Shown here: piece after piece, positions 37,396 to 50,091 of the stretch | Layout of the letters: every line of letters begins with the position of its first letter | Numbering within the stretch: the first letter of the stretch is position 1 | Assembly (NCBI GenBank): GCA_965637545.1 | Contig: OZ281498.1 | Span: 17,856,001 to 17,920,000, forward strand | Reading direction: 5' to 3' | Origin: Phallusia mammillata | Taxonomy: Eukaryota | DNA length: 64,000 nucleotides | The notes under the pieces: generated by a model | What the model was told of the DNA's origin: nothing | Database searches by the model: none | The model's input: the letters and a program-made list of their open reading frames with translations, nothing else | Program-made: the position numbers and the translations under genes

Positions 37396-40079
37396 TAAAC
37401 TATAATATTACTCAAAGAAAGCATAAAAAAATATACGCAACAGTTGTGCATTGATATGCTTTTATCATGCAAGAAATGATTCAACAACTTGGCTATCTGG
37501 GCAAAAGTGCTTGTAAGGCACCTTTACGCTGTATTCCATGGCATCACATCTCAAATCTTTACAAATACCGAAGCCTGTCATTCAAATTTTAATGTCATTT
37601 GCAATACAGCAAACACGTAGGCGACTTAAACACCTAGCGTTAAAATGCACCAGCAACGTATCTTTAATATTAAACAGCTGTTTAGTCATACAAGTTCACA
37701 CAAACGTATGTTGGTTAGTTTGTTTGGTGTGTACCTTCGTATAGCAGACATACCAAACCTGCGATGAGCATGCCACACAGGACCTCCAGTTACCATAGCA
37801 ATTCCTTAATCTGAGAACATGTCGATGAAACGTAAGTAAGGCCGTTCATTAAACTCTTTACTCCGCTTCACCAACGTCTGACAAAAAGGAGACAGAAATA
37901 TTTTGGTTTTGCGGTTAAGATTATGCTTACATTTTTGGAAATTGCTGAACCAAAATGTTTAAATTTTTTGATATTGTGTCTTGAGCCATACAATGATTGG
38001 ACCATATTTCTGTCTCCAAGCCCCGAAATCTTTTTCTGGAAAACCGCTAAGATAGGGAAGGATTCCTAGCAGGGGAAGTCCCCTTGGACCTGGTGGAGAT
38101 TTTTCGGGTTTTTGATACCACCAATAGAAAAGCAGAACAAGAAATGAAACACTTATCCAAATTAGGTTGAGCATCTATATGATTTGTCAAAAACCTTGAG
38201 CAAAAAATGTCGTAATAGTAGTTATTTAAACAGCCAACAGTAGTTTTAAAACCGTTTTTAAAATTTAAAGTTCCATCATCGTTGAGCCATCCACCAGTAA
38301 TTTACTGATCCATTGCAATAACTTAAACCACCGCACGTTACAATATCGCTTTTGCTTGCATGGGAATGTTTATTGCGCACTACAAAATGACTGTAAAAAT
38401 CAACATACAGCGGCCATATTGACAATTTGCTTAACTGAAATTAGCAGTGTGGTCATCCAAACCGATTATTTAAACACAGTAATAATTAAGTGGCTAGAAT
38501 TTCAAATATACACAGGCTAATTTAAGTTTGTAATCGTCCTCCAGGTTTTCAACTCAGAAATAGTTCTAAAAACTTTTTTTAAATTTTCGAATATTTAATA
38601 ACCGCGAAGAAATTGTTGTGGATATTTATGTTTTTTTCTGACACAAAGTCAGTGAATATTATCTGTTAGTATGTGTTTGTTTGGTTTCTATCCTTGGCGT
38701 GCGGGCAACGCCTGAATACGCTTCTTACAATGAGGCCACCATCACAACTCTATGTTTTGTTGTAAGTCCTCTCAGCCAGTTTTTATGGGTTTCACTAGAC
38801 TCGGGTAGTAGGCTTTACAACCCATTTTGATGGCTTAGGCTCGGCGTCTTTTGTTGTTACCTCTAACAGATACTAAAAAAGATACAATTAGAGCGTGGTA
38901 AAAATTAGTGGATATGGTGTCTGTTGCACCGAAAAGGGAATGTGAATAACCCTTTGAGTGAATACAAGAAATGTTCAAATCGATACTGTTGCTCCTTCTA
39001 CTACGCGTAACCTTTAATGTGGTACGCGACCACGGAAACGTGGGGCATTTATTGGCGTTAAGCCTGCCAACGTACGCCATCGTCCCGTCTCTCGCCGGAC
39101 AATATCAGACAACGGCCTTAGCTGACTTGTAGAAACTTCAGTTATCGCCTGAGTTTGCGTAATATGATTAATCCCTAGGAGTCGAAAAGGTTTAGACCTT
39201 TCTGTAACTCTAGCTGTTTTCTTATACTGAACTTCTTACTAATTTAAACAGCGATTTTCTTGCTTTTCAAATACCTGCAACATTGCGCAAAGACTACCTT
39301 CTCAATTGAATTCAAAATCTAGAAAGAAAAGGCGAAAACATCACTATTTATGTTATACTACTTTCTTGCTTTACTTACAAGGCAGCACTAAACTTAATCT
39401 TTGTTTGGTATGCTACTTTTAAATGGGCAACGCCTTTGATTTGCGTCATTTTTGCTTCTTTCATACGCTATAAATCGAAACCGTTAACATTACCAAGAAG
39501 AGCAAAACTTTAGAGCATAGCAGACACCGCTTTGTTGTAACACACTTCATGCTCCACCAATGAAGCGTTAGTTGCTTATTCTCACGCGACGCAAACAGAC
39601 TGGCATCTGATTTTACAGTTACACTTTGCAAGTGAAAAGGGTAGCGCCAAAATCAGTAAAAAACGTTAAAATGGATGCATAGTTTTAGATATAAGACTTG
39701 CATAACGATTCGGAATTGCTTTACTCCTGTATGTAATAGACTTATAAAGCTTTAGTATTAAGGTAGAAACAGTTGGTTTGTTTAAAATAGGAGAGAGCAA
39801 AAGGTATCAGACAGAAAGTGGCAATAAGGACAAATTTAACATGGAAAATTTAATTTTTACTACGAAACAACCAATATTTTTCTTTAATTATTACTTTCAT
39901 TGTCAAGAACTTATCTACTGTCAAGTTGTAGATAAGTACTATTTACCTATCAATTATACGAAAACCAGTGTGCAATACTGGTTCGATATGGCAAATATTT
40001 TTACAAATACGTACTAAATTTTTCTCAGCTAAACTTCAGGTGTACTTAAAAATAAAATAAATCTTCTATTTTTTATCAG

Positions 40080-41514
40080 TTTTAAAACGGTAAGCGACTG
40101 GGAGACGAACGTCCTTATGTTTATTCCGTTTCTTTGCGACGTACCGCCTTTTACAACTCATGTCGAAATAAACATGATGCTAATTCGTCCAATACGAGGT
40201 AACTTGATTTTCAAATACAATTAAAATCGAGTTTTGCGAAAAAAACGTTACCTGCCCTTCTTCAAAAAAATTTTTGAAAATTTGAGCGGTTTAAAAAAAG
40301 TTGTTCGCCACTTATTAACACATTGTTTTGTCGTCATTAAAACAGCAATGATTGGTGATCTGACAAACGAACACAAATCCACTTTTGATCCCAACGACAT
40401 TCGTGATATTTTGGACGGATATTTGGTGAACTTTGTTCAGAAGGAGGACAACTTTGTTTTTAAGGTAGTCTTGTTATTGGTATACCTGAAAATCGTTATC
40501 ACTAGAAATACTTTTAAAGAACTGCCAAGACTTTTTCTTTGACTTGTTTGTGGTGGGAACAGAAACCACTTCCACGACATTAAGGAAATCGACGAAGTCA
40601 TCGGTCAGTTTTTCCTAGTGATCTGATTGCTCGTGAACAAAATTGTTTCGCAATTATCCAGTCAGACCTAAAAAGTAGTTGTTCCCAAGGAAATCTCTAA
40701 ACCTCCGGGTCGTTGAAATCCACAACAACAGCTTGTGAATGACTATGCGCTTGAAATAACAAACTTGTACCAAGAACCTTTTGTTCATTTCTCTTCTGCA
40801 GGACGAGAAGGAACACCTAGCTTATCTCATCGTAAGATGATGCCTTTCTCATGTGCAGTGCTGCACGAAGTGATGAGATTTAAGACGCTCGTACCACTTT
40901 CGTTGCCACGCTGTGCTGCCGAGGACGTTACAGTCCGTGGCTACCATATACCTAAAGGCACTCAGGTAACCTTTCATCTAAACCTTAAGAATTGTTTGTC
41001 AATCTTCTAAATTGGGATTTCTCCAAGTGCACAAGTGAAATTCAAATTATCGTTTTGCAGTATAATCGACATTGTGTGTCCATTATATTGTAATTATTTT
41101 AGTTATTATTTAAACTAATGTTGGAAGACAAAATTATAGTCAATATGATTAAGTGCTGTTATATATAAGCAGTGAGCCGAAAATCTCTTTCAACAGGTGT
41201 TTACCAACCTCTGGCAAGTTCACAACGACGAAACCTACTGGAAAAATCCAAACAATTTTGATACCCAGAGACATCTAGATGAAAACGGAAACTTTACCAA
41301 CTCCAGATACGTGATCCCGTTTGGTGCCGGGGCAAGAGTTTGCATGGGCGAGCTGATGGCTCGGACTGAGCTGTGGATCTTCCTTATTACCATTATTCAG
41401 CGGTTTAGGATATCTGTCGACCCTAATGATCCGGATCCGCCTTCTCTTGATGATGGAACCAACGCCCTTGTTTATGTCCCACCAGCGTATAACATGATCG
41501 TACAATCCCGTTAA
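40080..41514 (+). pseudogene. CYP-8 pseudogene (exons 5-9 only)
   Basis: Exons 40080-40198, 40346-40464, 40520-40603 (55-nt frameshift deletion), 40802-40965, 41197-41514. Exons 1-4 are absent: upstream sequence jumps near 39930-39945 from CYP-5-like promoter to CYP-5-like intron 4. Confidence 0.92.
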
Positions 41515-42914
41515 AGCCTGTGTTTCCCCTTTGTTTTGAGTTTACAAAAGTGCTTTTACAAAGTTTACCTTTTTTGGTTTTGTAATACTCTGAGAAAAAG
41601 TTAGCCAAATAAAAGAAATAGCATGCATTGTATTTGAATACAATAGCAAGTACTTTAATCAGTCAAAAACAAAAATCTTACTGTATTATTTATCATATCA
41701 TTTGGAGCAAAGATGGCATAGTCTGTTCCGAAAACTTACCTCTATTGGAAACAGACTGGCGATTTCCCACGGAACTTTCGGCCAGAAGCTATATGATAAC
41801 TTTGAGGCCAGAAGCTCTTTGCAATTGTGTATGTCCAATATAAAATTTAACATATAAGTGTGACTTATAGTACAAGACCTTAAAGTACGCTATGTTCAAC
41901 AAATTCAAATTTCATAATGTTTTGATGAATCAAGGTCGTGTAGTCCCATTATACTCTTGACTCAAGAGTTGAGTGTTACAGAGAATAACATTTCTGGTTC
42001 ATGTCAGTGATCTGACTTTATTCACTGTGACATAACAAAGCGCGTGCCATGATTGGTGGAGAAATCTCTGACGTAACAATGTGTATGAAGTCATTAGTGG
42101 TGCAATCTTGTGCAAACCACGTTTTGCAGTTTTTTTCTGTGCTGTAAGCAGCCTTTTTAGTAGTCGCAGTTTGTGGTTAAACTTATTTAGTTTGGAATTA
42201 TCTATGTGCTAACATTTCAGTGTATTATGTGCAGCTAATGAGCATGAATGCTAAAAGTAATTTTAAGTGCTGAAACGTCTCAGTTCGTCAAAGTGCTTTG
42301 CAATTTAGTCCTGGACTCCTAACAAGTTGATACTTAATTTGATTGTATGAATTGTTATAGATTAATATCGTGATAATGTTTGTGTATGAGTTAAAAAATA
42401 GTGACTTTCTAAATGTCACATGTTTCTTTGAGTAAGTTTATCGGCCATTTTGTGTGTGTGTATAACTAGCCGATTGTGACACTTTTCTGTTTGCTTTAGC
42501 AGAGAACCAATGTAGAGCAAAGTAGATCACAACATAAGGCTTAAACTCAAAGTTTCTGAATTTCCTGTCAGTAAAGAGACTAAAGAGAACACTACAAAAT
42601 TCTATCAAGAGAAAATTTTAATTCGCTGCAAGTAAAATTTAAGTAGGTAGTTATAACTAAACCGCAAGAAGTGGACAAATTTGATATGACATCAACTGGT
42701 GTCAATCATCCGTTCCTTCTACTAAATAAATCCGTTATTTTGTGGTGACTGTTTTATTTACAAAAAACACCCAGCAAAAATACAAAATTTTAGTTTTGCG
42801 AAGGAAATACAATAAGGTTAAAGTTAGATTAGCTTTAGTAGCAAGTGATTATTATCAAACTCTGTACAATCAACTCTCACCTATACTTGTATAAACTCGT
42901 AAAATTAAACTATT

Positions 42915-45284
42915 TCATCGGGATTGTATGATTACATTAAAAGCCGGTGGGATATTACCAAGAGCGTCGCTTTCATCATCGAGAGAAGGTGGATCCGGAT
43001 CATTGGGGTCGACAGAAATCCTAAACCGCTGAATGATGGTAATAATGAAGATCCACAGCTGTGTCTTCGTCAGCTGCTCGCCCATGCAAACTGTTGCACC
43101 AGCACCAAACTGCATCACGTGTTTAGAATTGGTAAAGTTTCCGTTTTCATCTAGGTGTCGCTGTGGTTCAAACTTGCTTGGGTTTTTCCAGTATGTTTCG
43201 TCGTTGTTGACTTGCCAGAGATTGGTCCTTTTTGAATTTCCGGAGACAGTGTATGTTGGGAAAAGTTTGTTTTCATTGTCTAAGTCTCAACCTTTGTTTA
43301 ATGTATGGGAATTATCTTAACTAAATAGAGTTTAAATTAAAGTATGAATCCTTGCCATCAAAGTAAGCTGATCAGTTTGATTTTCTGCATTTCGGAAAAA
43401 AAATCTTGGTAGCTGCTTAGGCTAAATGTTTACCTGAGTGCCTTTGGGTATGCGATAATCGCGAACTCTCAAGTCTTTGGCAGTGCAAAGTGGTACACGA
43501 GTCCTGAACCTTATCACTTCGTGCAGCACTGCACATGAAAATGGCATCTTTTCCCGATGGGATAAGCTCGGTGTTTCACCTCTTCCTGCAAAGAAAAGAT
43601 TAACCCCCATAAAGTTACTTTTAAACCAACATATTGTTAAAACTCCTGTCAGCAACTTTGTAAAACTCATGTCAGGAAATGCTTAGAATAATAAGAAGAA
43701 TGGGGTTCTATGGTTGATATTTAATCGTTGTCTAAACCTAAAAGGAAAAATGTTGTATAAAAACGGTTACCGATGACATCGTCAATTTCCCTGATCATCT
43801 CATCTTGGACATCCTGATGAAGCATCAGACACAACAAAGCCCAATTTAAAATTGCAGAGGTGGTCTCATAATTCCAGAATCACAAACATAATTTACTACT
43901 ATTTGACTTTTTTTACCTAACTAAATAACTAACTATTCTTTTATAATTGTGCAGTTCAGTTCGCCAGTCATAAAACAATTGATAAACTGACAATTGATAA
44001 ATTCGTGCCAAATATTTTGACATTTTTCTTCTAAACCATAAATTACGGTGATTAGAAACGTCTTCAATAGAGTTGGCGTATTATAGTTTACCTGAATATT
44101 AAACGGTTTTCCTGCCAAGTTATTTAGTTTTTGAGTCAGATACATCGCTTCGTCGTTCACCTTTTGCTGCATAACGCCCTTATTACCTCCTAATCTGCAA
44201 AGAGTATGTTTAAACCACGTTATTTAGGATTTGTAGCGATTGGATTGCCATTGAAGGTCACCATCTTTTTTACTCATCTTTTATGGTTCTAAACAATTTA
44301 CCCTGCCCGAAACACAAACTAATGTGCGGTGATGTGGGCTTTTGTGGTAAGTCGTTGTTACAGGATTGTTAGCCATTACACAATCATTGTGACATTCACT
44401 GTTGTAATATGAGTTGACTGTGGGTATTTGGTTTAATGTACAAGAACAATATCGACTCCTAAATATGACACTTCACTGCTAAGACGCTGAATAAATACAA
44501 TCAACAACAGTTTTTGTTTATCAATAGAGATATGATCAACATTTCAATTAGATCAACACTTCGAATCATAACAGCCTTGGGCCTTTTTAAATTACATCCT
44601 AAATGATTCAAATTACATCCTAAATGAAACTTAGCACATATGTTTCGAATTGTGCGTATTCAGAATAAATTCCGTTGTCAAGTTTGAAACGAAACCCACA
44701 CGTTTGCAAAATCGACTGATTTAATTGCAACACTGACCAACTTTGCTTCAAACACAAAGCATATTTCACTATTGTGTTATGTTTGTACCTTTGTAAAGAT
44801 GCAACACCAAAACGACGATGGGAATGCCACACAGGACCACCAGGAATCGTGCCAATCCCGTTTGATGAAAGTGCACTTGAAAATCGTATATAAGGTCGTT
44901 CTTGAAATTCCTCGCTTCGTTTTACCAATGTCTGTCGAAAACGAATACAGTCAGCAAACTTTGATCACATTCCTGTCTTGAGGACCTTAACACAAACGCC
45001 GACAAAACACAGTCAGGAAATTAAGCATGTAAACATACCTCAATGACAGTTTCATAATCGTTCAGAACCACGACGGTTTGCCATCCCATCGGTACAGATA
45101 TGATGGGGCCATATTTCTTGCCCCAAGCGCCAAAGTCTCTTTCTGGAAAACTGCTGAGAAATGGTAGCATTCCCAATAGAGGAAGTCCCATTGGACCTGG
45201 TGGATGTTTATTGGGTTTTTGATACCACCAATAGAAAAACAGGGCCACCATAATAGAGCATATTATCAAAAATAAGTTGAGCAT
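42915..45284 (-). pseudogene. CYP-9 pseudogene (recent duplicate of CYP-6)
   Basis: Exons 1-3 intact (45284-45039, 44931-44789, 44194-44092); an approximately 0.9-kb deletion near 43870 removes exons 4-6 and the start of exon 7; 12-nt deletion in exon 8; 19-nt deletion removes the exon 9 acceptor near 43227. Confidence 0.93.
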
Positions 45285-46313
45285 CTTTCTGAGGGTTTTG
45301 TTTGTAATCTTTTAAAGTCACGTTACAATGAATATATAAGCTGTTCTGCAACAAACCGATAAATAGTTAAGTGCGGAAATTTTGCAGAACAAATTGTCAA
45401 GTTCCATTGAAAAGACTAATTTTGTCCACTGAACGTTATAGTCATGACCAGTTCAACTGCATCATCCCTAACCTTTCGACTAAAACTGCCCGTTGAAGAT
45501 ACAACGTCTCAATGTGAAACTTTGTATTGGAAGTATCTAGGTTTATGCAAACTATTTGGTTCCATGTAGTGCTGAATCCGACACTAGCATAAAGATCTTA
45601 CGGTCAATCACAGCACATTACAAATTATTGTTAGGCCAAGTAAACACCAGATAACGAAGTAAGTTCAACATCTGATTAACGACAGGATATATAAGTAAGC
45701 GAGCTTTGAAACGAGGTGATTCAGTTAACAATTACAAAATTTGCACAAATCATGCACAAACTGTGTCACAACTTCGTCGCAACCTTTGAACTGGCAAGTT
45801 GAAACGAGATGATTAAGCAAACATTTGCAAAATTTGCAAATTCAAAAATTTTCATGGCAATTGTTGGACTAACATACTTGGGACTATTTTCGATTTTTTT
45901 CGAACAATGTTTTATTAAAACGTTAGCGTCAACTCAGAAGCCCAAATCAACTTTGCTCGTTACCTTAGCACAAATCTTATTTAACAACTGAATGTGTCTA
46001 AAGAAAACCCCTTGGATATTCACTCTAGTAAAGGTGTTAAGAAAAATCTCAGTTAAGATCAAATCAGATATTGCAAAGAGTATGCGAATTTAATTCGCAT
46101 AATCTGGTGTCAATCAACTTTACCTTTCTATCAAGAGCCTTACGTATCGTTTTGTTGTTAATGATTTATTTGCAAAACCAACACTGCACAAAATGAGATT
46201 TCAGCATCGCAAGGGAGCTACTGCAAGATTAAAGTTACATTAGCTTTCGCAGCAAGTGAATATCAAACGCTACACAATAATTTTTCACCAACAGCTGTTT
46301 GATTTTATATATT

Positions 46314-49300
46314 TTAACGCGAGTCTATGATCATATTATAAGCTGGTGGGACATAAACGAGAGCGTTTGTTCCATCATCAAGAGAAGGTGGATCCGGATC
46401 ATTAGGGTCGACAGATATCCTAAACCGCTGAATAATGGTAACAAGGAAGATCCACAGCTCAGTCCGAGCCATCTGCTCGCCCATACAAACTCTTGCTCCG
46501 GCGCCAAATGGTATTACATATTTGGAATTGGTAAAGTTCCCGTTTTCATCTAGATGTCGCTGTGGATCAAATTGGTTTGGATTTTTCCAGTAGGTTTCGT
46601 CGTTATGGACTTGCCAGAGGTTCGTAAAGACCTGAATAAAAGAACTCGTATTTTTTTAGGCCGACTGGTTATATTTAACAACACTTATTGTTCCAAATTT
46701 TGTTTTTCAACATGTGATTAAATAATACTAAAAATAACTTATTTGTAATATAATCGACACATAATGTCCATCATGCGGTTCTTTTAAATTTCAGTTGAAC
46801 AGTTGAGAAAATCCCAAGATTCACAAGGTTACCTGAGTGCCTTTAGGTATATGGTAGCCACGAACTTTTACGTCCCCGGCAGCACAGCGTGGCAACGAAA
46901 GTGGTACCAGAGTCTTAAATCTCATCACTTCATGCAGCACTGCACACGAAAAAGGCATCTTTTCGCGGTGAGATAAGCTCGGTGTCCCTTCTTTTCCTGC
47001 AAAGGACCCATGAGCAAAAGGTCACAAGTTACAAATGAGTACAAGTTGTTTGTCTCTTCAGTTTGGTTCTTGTGAAGCACAGGTTATTCACAAGTTGTTA
47101 TTGCGAATTTTAAACGACCCGGATGTTTAAGTAATAAATATAGGTTTTCTTTGGGAACAACTATTTTTTAGGTCTGATTGGATATTTGTGACACAACCTG
47201 TTTACGAGCATATAGATAATTAAGAAAATCTTACCAATGACTTGGTCGATTTCTTCTAACATTTTATCCTGGACGTCCTGATTAAGTGTCAAACACAAAA
47301 ATGCCCATCTCAAAGTGGCTGAAGTACTTTCTGTTCCCGCCACAAACAAGTCAAAGAAAAAGTCTTGGCAGTTCTGTAAAGAAATTGTTAGTGTAATAAA
47401 GATTTTCTGTTTCACCAATTTTAATTCTACCTCAAAAACAAAGTTGTCGTCCTTGTGAACAAAGCTCTCCAAATATCCGTCCAAAATATCACGGATGTCG
47501 TTGGGATCAAAAGTGGATTTGTGTTCGTTTATCAGATCACCAATCATTGCTGCATTGATGAAGGTGTTATAAAAACGTTAAATATAGGATTTTTGCTTAA
47601 GTTTCAAACAAGTATTAAAATCCAAGAAGGCATTAATTTTGGTTAATGAATTTTAATTATATTTTAAAATCAAGTTACCTCGTATTGGACGAATTAGCAT
47701 CATGTTTATTTCAACGTGTTTTGTAAAAGGCGGTACGTCGCAAAGAAATGGAATCAACATAAGGACGTTCGTCTTCCAGTCACTTACCTTTTTAAAACTG
47801 GCAAAAAAATAAAAGATTTGTTTTATTTTTGAAGACAGCTGTAGTTCAGCTGTGAAAACCTCAGTGCGACGTATTTGTAAAAATATTTGCCATATCGAGC
47901 CAGATTGCAAACTGGTTGTCGTATAATTTATGGGTAAAATGTAGATAACCTCTTTTTTACGGAACAGTCTGTTCAAAACCTACTGTGCCAAAAGGTTGGT
48001 TATTAGCACTTGAAACTTGTCATCATTGTAATCGTATCTTCGGCCGAACGCCATGTTGCAGATCACGTTAGCCATAGCGTTTGTCAAAAGATTCTGAAAA
48101 AAAACGAACAAAAGTTTTATTTATTGTTCCTATTTGTTTATTTATTTTTCTTTTGTATTATTTACCTGAATTTTGAAAGGTTTCCCTTCATTTTCCTCTA
48201 ATTTCTGCACAAGATACATTGCTTCGTCCTTCACTTTCTTTTCCATCACACCCTTATTACCACCAAATCTGCAAAAAAGCGTTTTTTGCATGAAAATATA
48301 ACATTGTAAAGCGAGATTTTTAGCGTCCTTACATGTTGCAGTCAACGGTTTTGACGGTGTTTTCGGTATGTACTTTTAAAGACATTGGCCAGCACATAAA
48401 CTGTTATTTCACCCCAAAAACATTCAATTACGTAACAAAATTAGCATTCGTGTAGGCGAAATGGTTTGCTGGACACGTTTAGAATATTTTTTATTAGAAT
48501 TTTTTTTAACATCGCACTGATAACCGAACTAATTCAAGTTACACCGCTGAAAAGATGTAGGGGAAACACCCAGCGATTAAATTCACAGACAACGCTCCAT
48601 TAAAATAAAAATCTGCTATCAGTTGGTTTGTTATTGTACCTGCGTATGGCAGACATTCCAAACCGGCGATGGGCACGCCACACCGGACCTCCAGTGATCA
48701 TAGCAATTCCTTTATTTGTGAACATATGTAAGAGACGTATGTAAGGTCGTTCATTATACTCTTTACTCTGTTTAACCAACGTCTGCCGAAAAAAAAACAT
48801 ATATCCATCGCGCGTATGATTACATTTCTGCTTATATCTTTTGATACCTTTTAGTGCCCACCAATATTAGAATAATATTGTGTCAAAAGAGAGATGCATT
48901 GTCGTAAAAACTTTATATATTTTCCACGGTTTGTTAAAAACGCAAAACAAAACATTGAACAGAACAACGCTCCGGTTTTGTGGTCGAAATGTAAAACAAT
49001 CAGTTTCAAACTCAAAGAAGTTTGTCAATAACCAAAGAAACAAGTGAAAGCTTATGCACATTAAAAATACACAAACGCCAAAAGTAATAGCAAGTAAAAT
49101 ACCTCAATGACGGTTTCATAATCGTTGAAAACCATGCAGTTTTTCCATCCCATTGGCACAGACATAATGGGGCCATATTTCTTTCCCCAAGCGCCAAAAT
49201 CTCTTTCTGGAAAACTGCTGAGATAGGGAAGGATTCCTAGTAGTGGAAGTCCCATTGGACCTGGTGGAAATGTTTCGGGTTTTTGATACCACCAGTAGAT

Positions 49301-49348
49301 AAACAGGACTACCAGAAAAGTAAAAGCTAATAAAAATAAACTAAGCAT
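46314..49348 (-). CDS. CYP-10: cytochrome P450, intact 9-exon gene, 486 aa
   Basis: Exons 49348-49103, 48782-48640, 48268-48166, 48093-47984, 47797-47679, 47549-47431, 47373-47235, 46996-46833, 46631-46314; open. [31 protein letters not shown]. Confidence 0.93.
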
Positions 49349-49819
49349 TCCTATGACTTTGCTGAACCACCTGTAGAGACATGCAAGTAACTAATTTTTT
49401 AAACCAATAAAAACCCAACTTGTTTCCAACGTGTCAATGCGGTTTGGGCAACTGTACAGTAGATAACTTTCACAAAGAAACGAATATTATTCAAAATATT
49501 GACAGTTAGAGTTTCATTGTTAAATTGGTCCTTATTGCTACTTTCAGTCTACAACCTTTTGATCTCCTCTAGTTTCAACTGAACAAATGTTTTAACCTCA
49601 ATATTTAGAAAGTACATTGAACATAGAATTAAAAACATTCTGAATTATGATGCAATTCAAGTCTTCCAACTAAAGTAATGGTTTCAAACCTTTATCGACA
49701 AATTCCTCACCTAACAATTCAAAATATTTTCATCCCTCCCAAAAAAGCTACGTAATAAATGCTAAACCAACCAAGATTATTTAATTTATTTTTTTGGGAC
49801 CAGGATATATTTCCAAACC

Positions 49820-50091
49820 TGTGCATATACAAACCAAATGCAGTGTGCATTTACAAACCAAATGCAGTGTGCATTTACAAACCAAATGCAGTGTGTATTT
49901 ACAAACCAAATGCAGTGTGCATTTACAAACCACATGCAGTGTGCATTTACAAACCAAATGCAGTGTGCATTTACAAACCAAATGCAGTGTGTATTTACAA
50001 ACCAAATGCAGTGTGCATTTACAAACCAAATGCAGTGTGCATTTACAAACCAAATGCAGTGTGCATTTACAAAGCACTGTGTATTTACAAA
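49820..50091. repeat. 24-bp minisatellite, 10 full units plus 2 partial, upstream of CYP-10
   Basis: Unit TGTGCATTTACAAACCAAATGCAG; a C>T variant recurs at units 4, 8 and 12 (49892, 49988, 50078). Confidence 0.95.

Larger units (their letters stand above)
33759..38174 (-). pseudogene. CYP-7 pseudogene
   Basis: 3' end of exon 1 deleted; TAA in exon 2 (37806-37808); exon 4 split by a solo LTR; 44-nt frameshift deletion in exon 7; -1 frameshift in exon 8; exon 9 (34076-33759) intact. Confidence 0.94.

Noticed and set aside
38845-38975. Block similar to 60365-60495, with ORFs at 38835-39080 and 60217-60405
   Set aside because: No reading frame is conserved between the two copies; best explained as upstream flank of paralogs CYP-7 and CYP-11 or an old repeat.
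42228-42295. Hammerhead-like string CTAATGAGCA...TGCTGAAACGTC in a ~130-bp indel between unit copies
   Set aside because: The core has G5A, an extra base precedes GAAA, and there is no convincing stem I; too degenerate to call.
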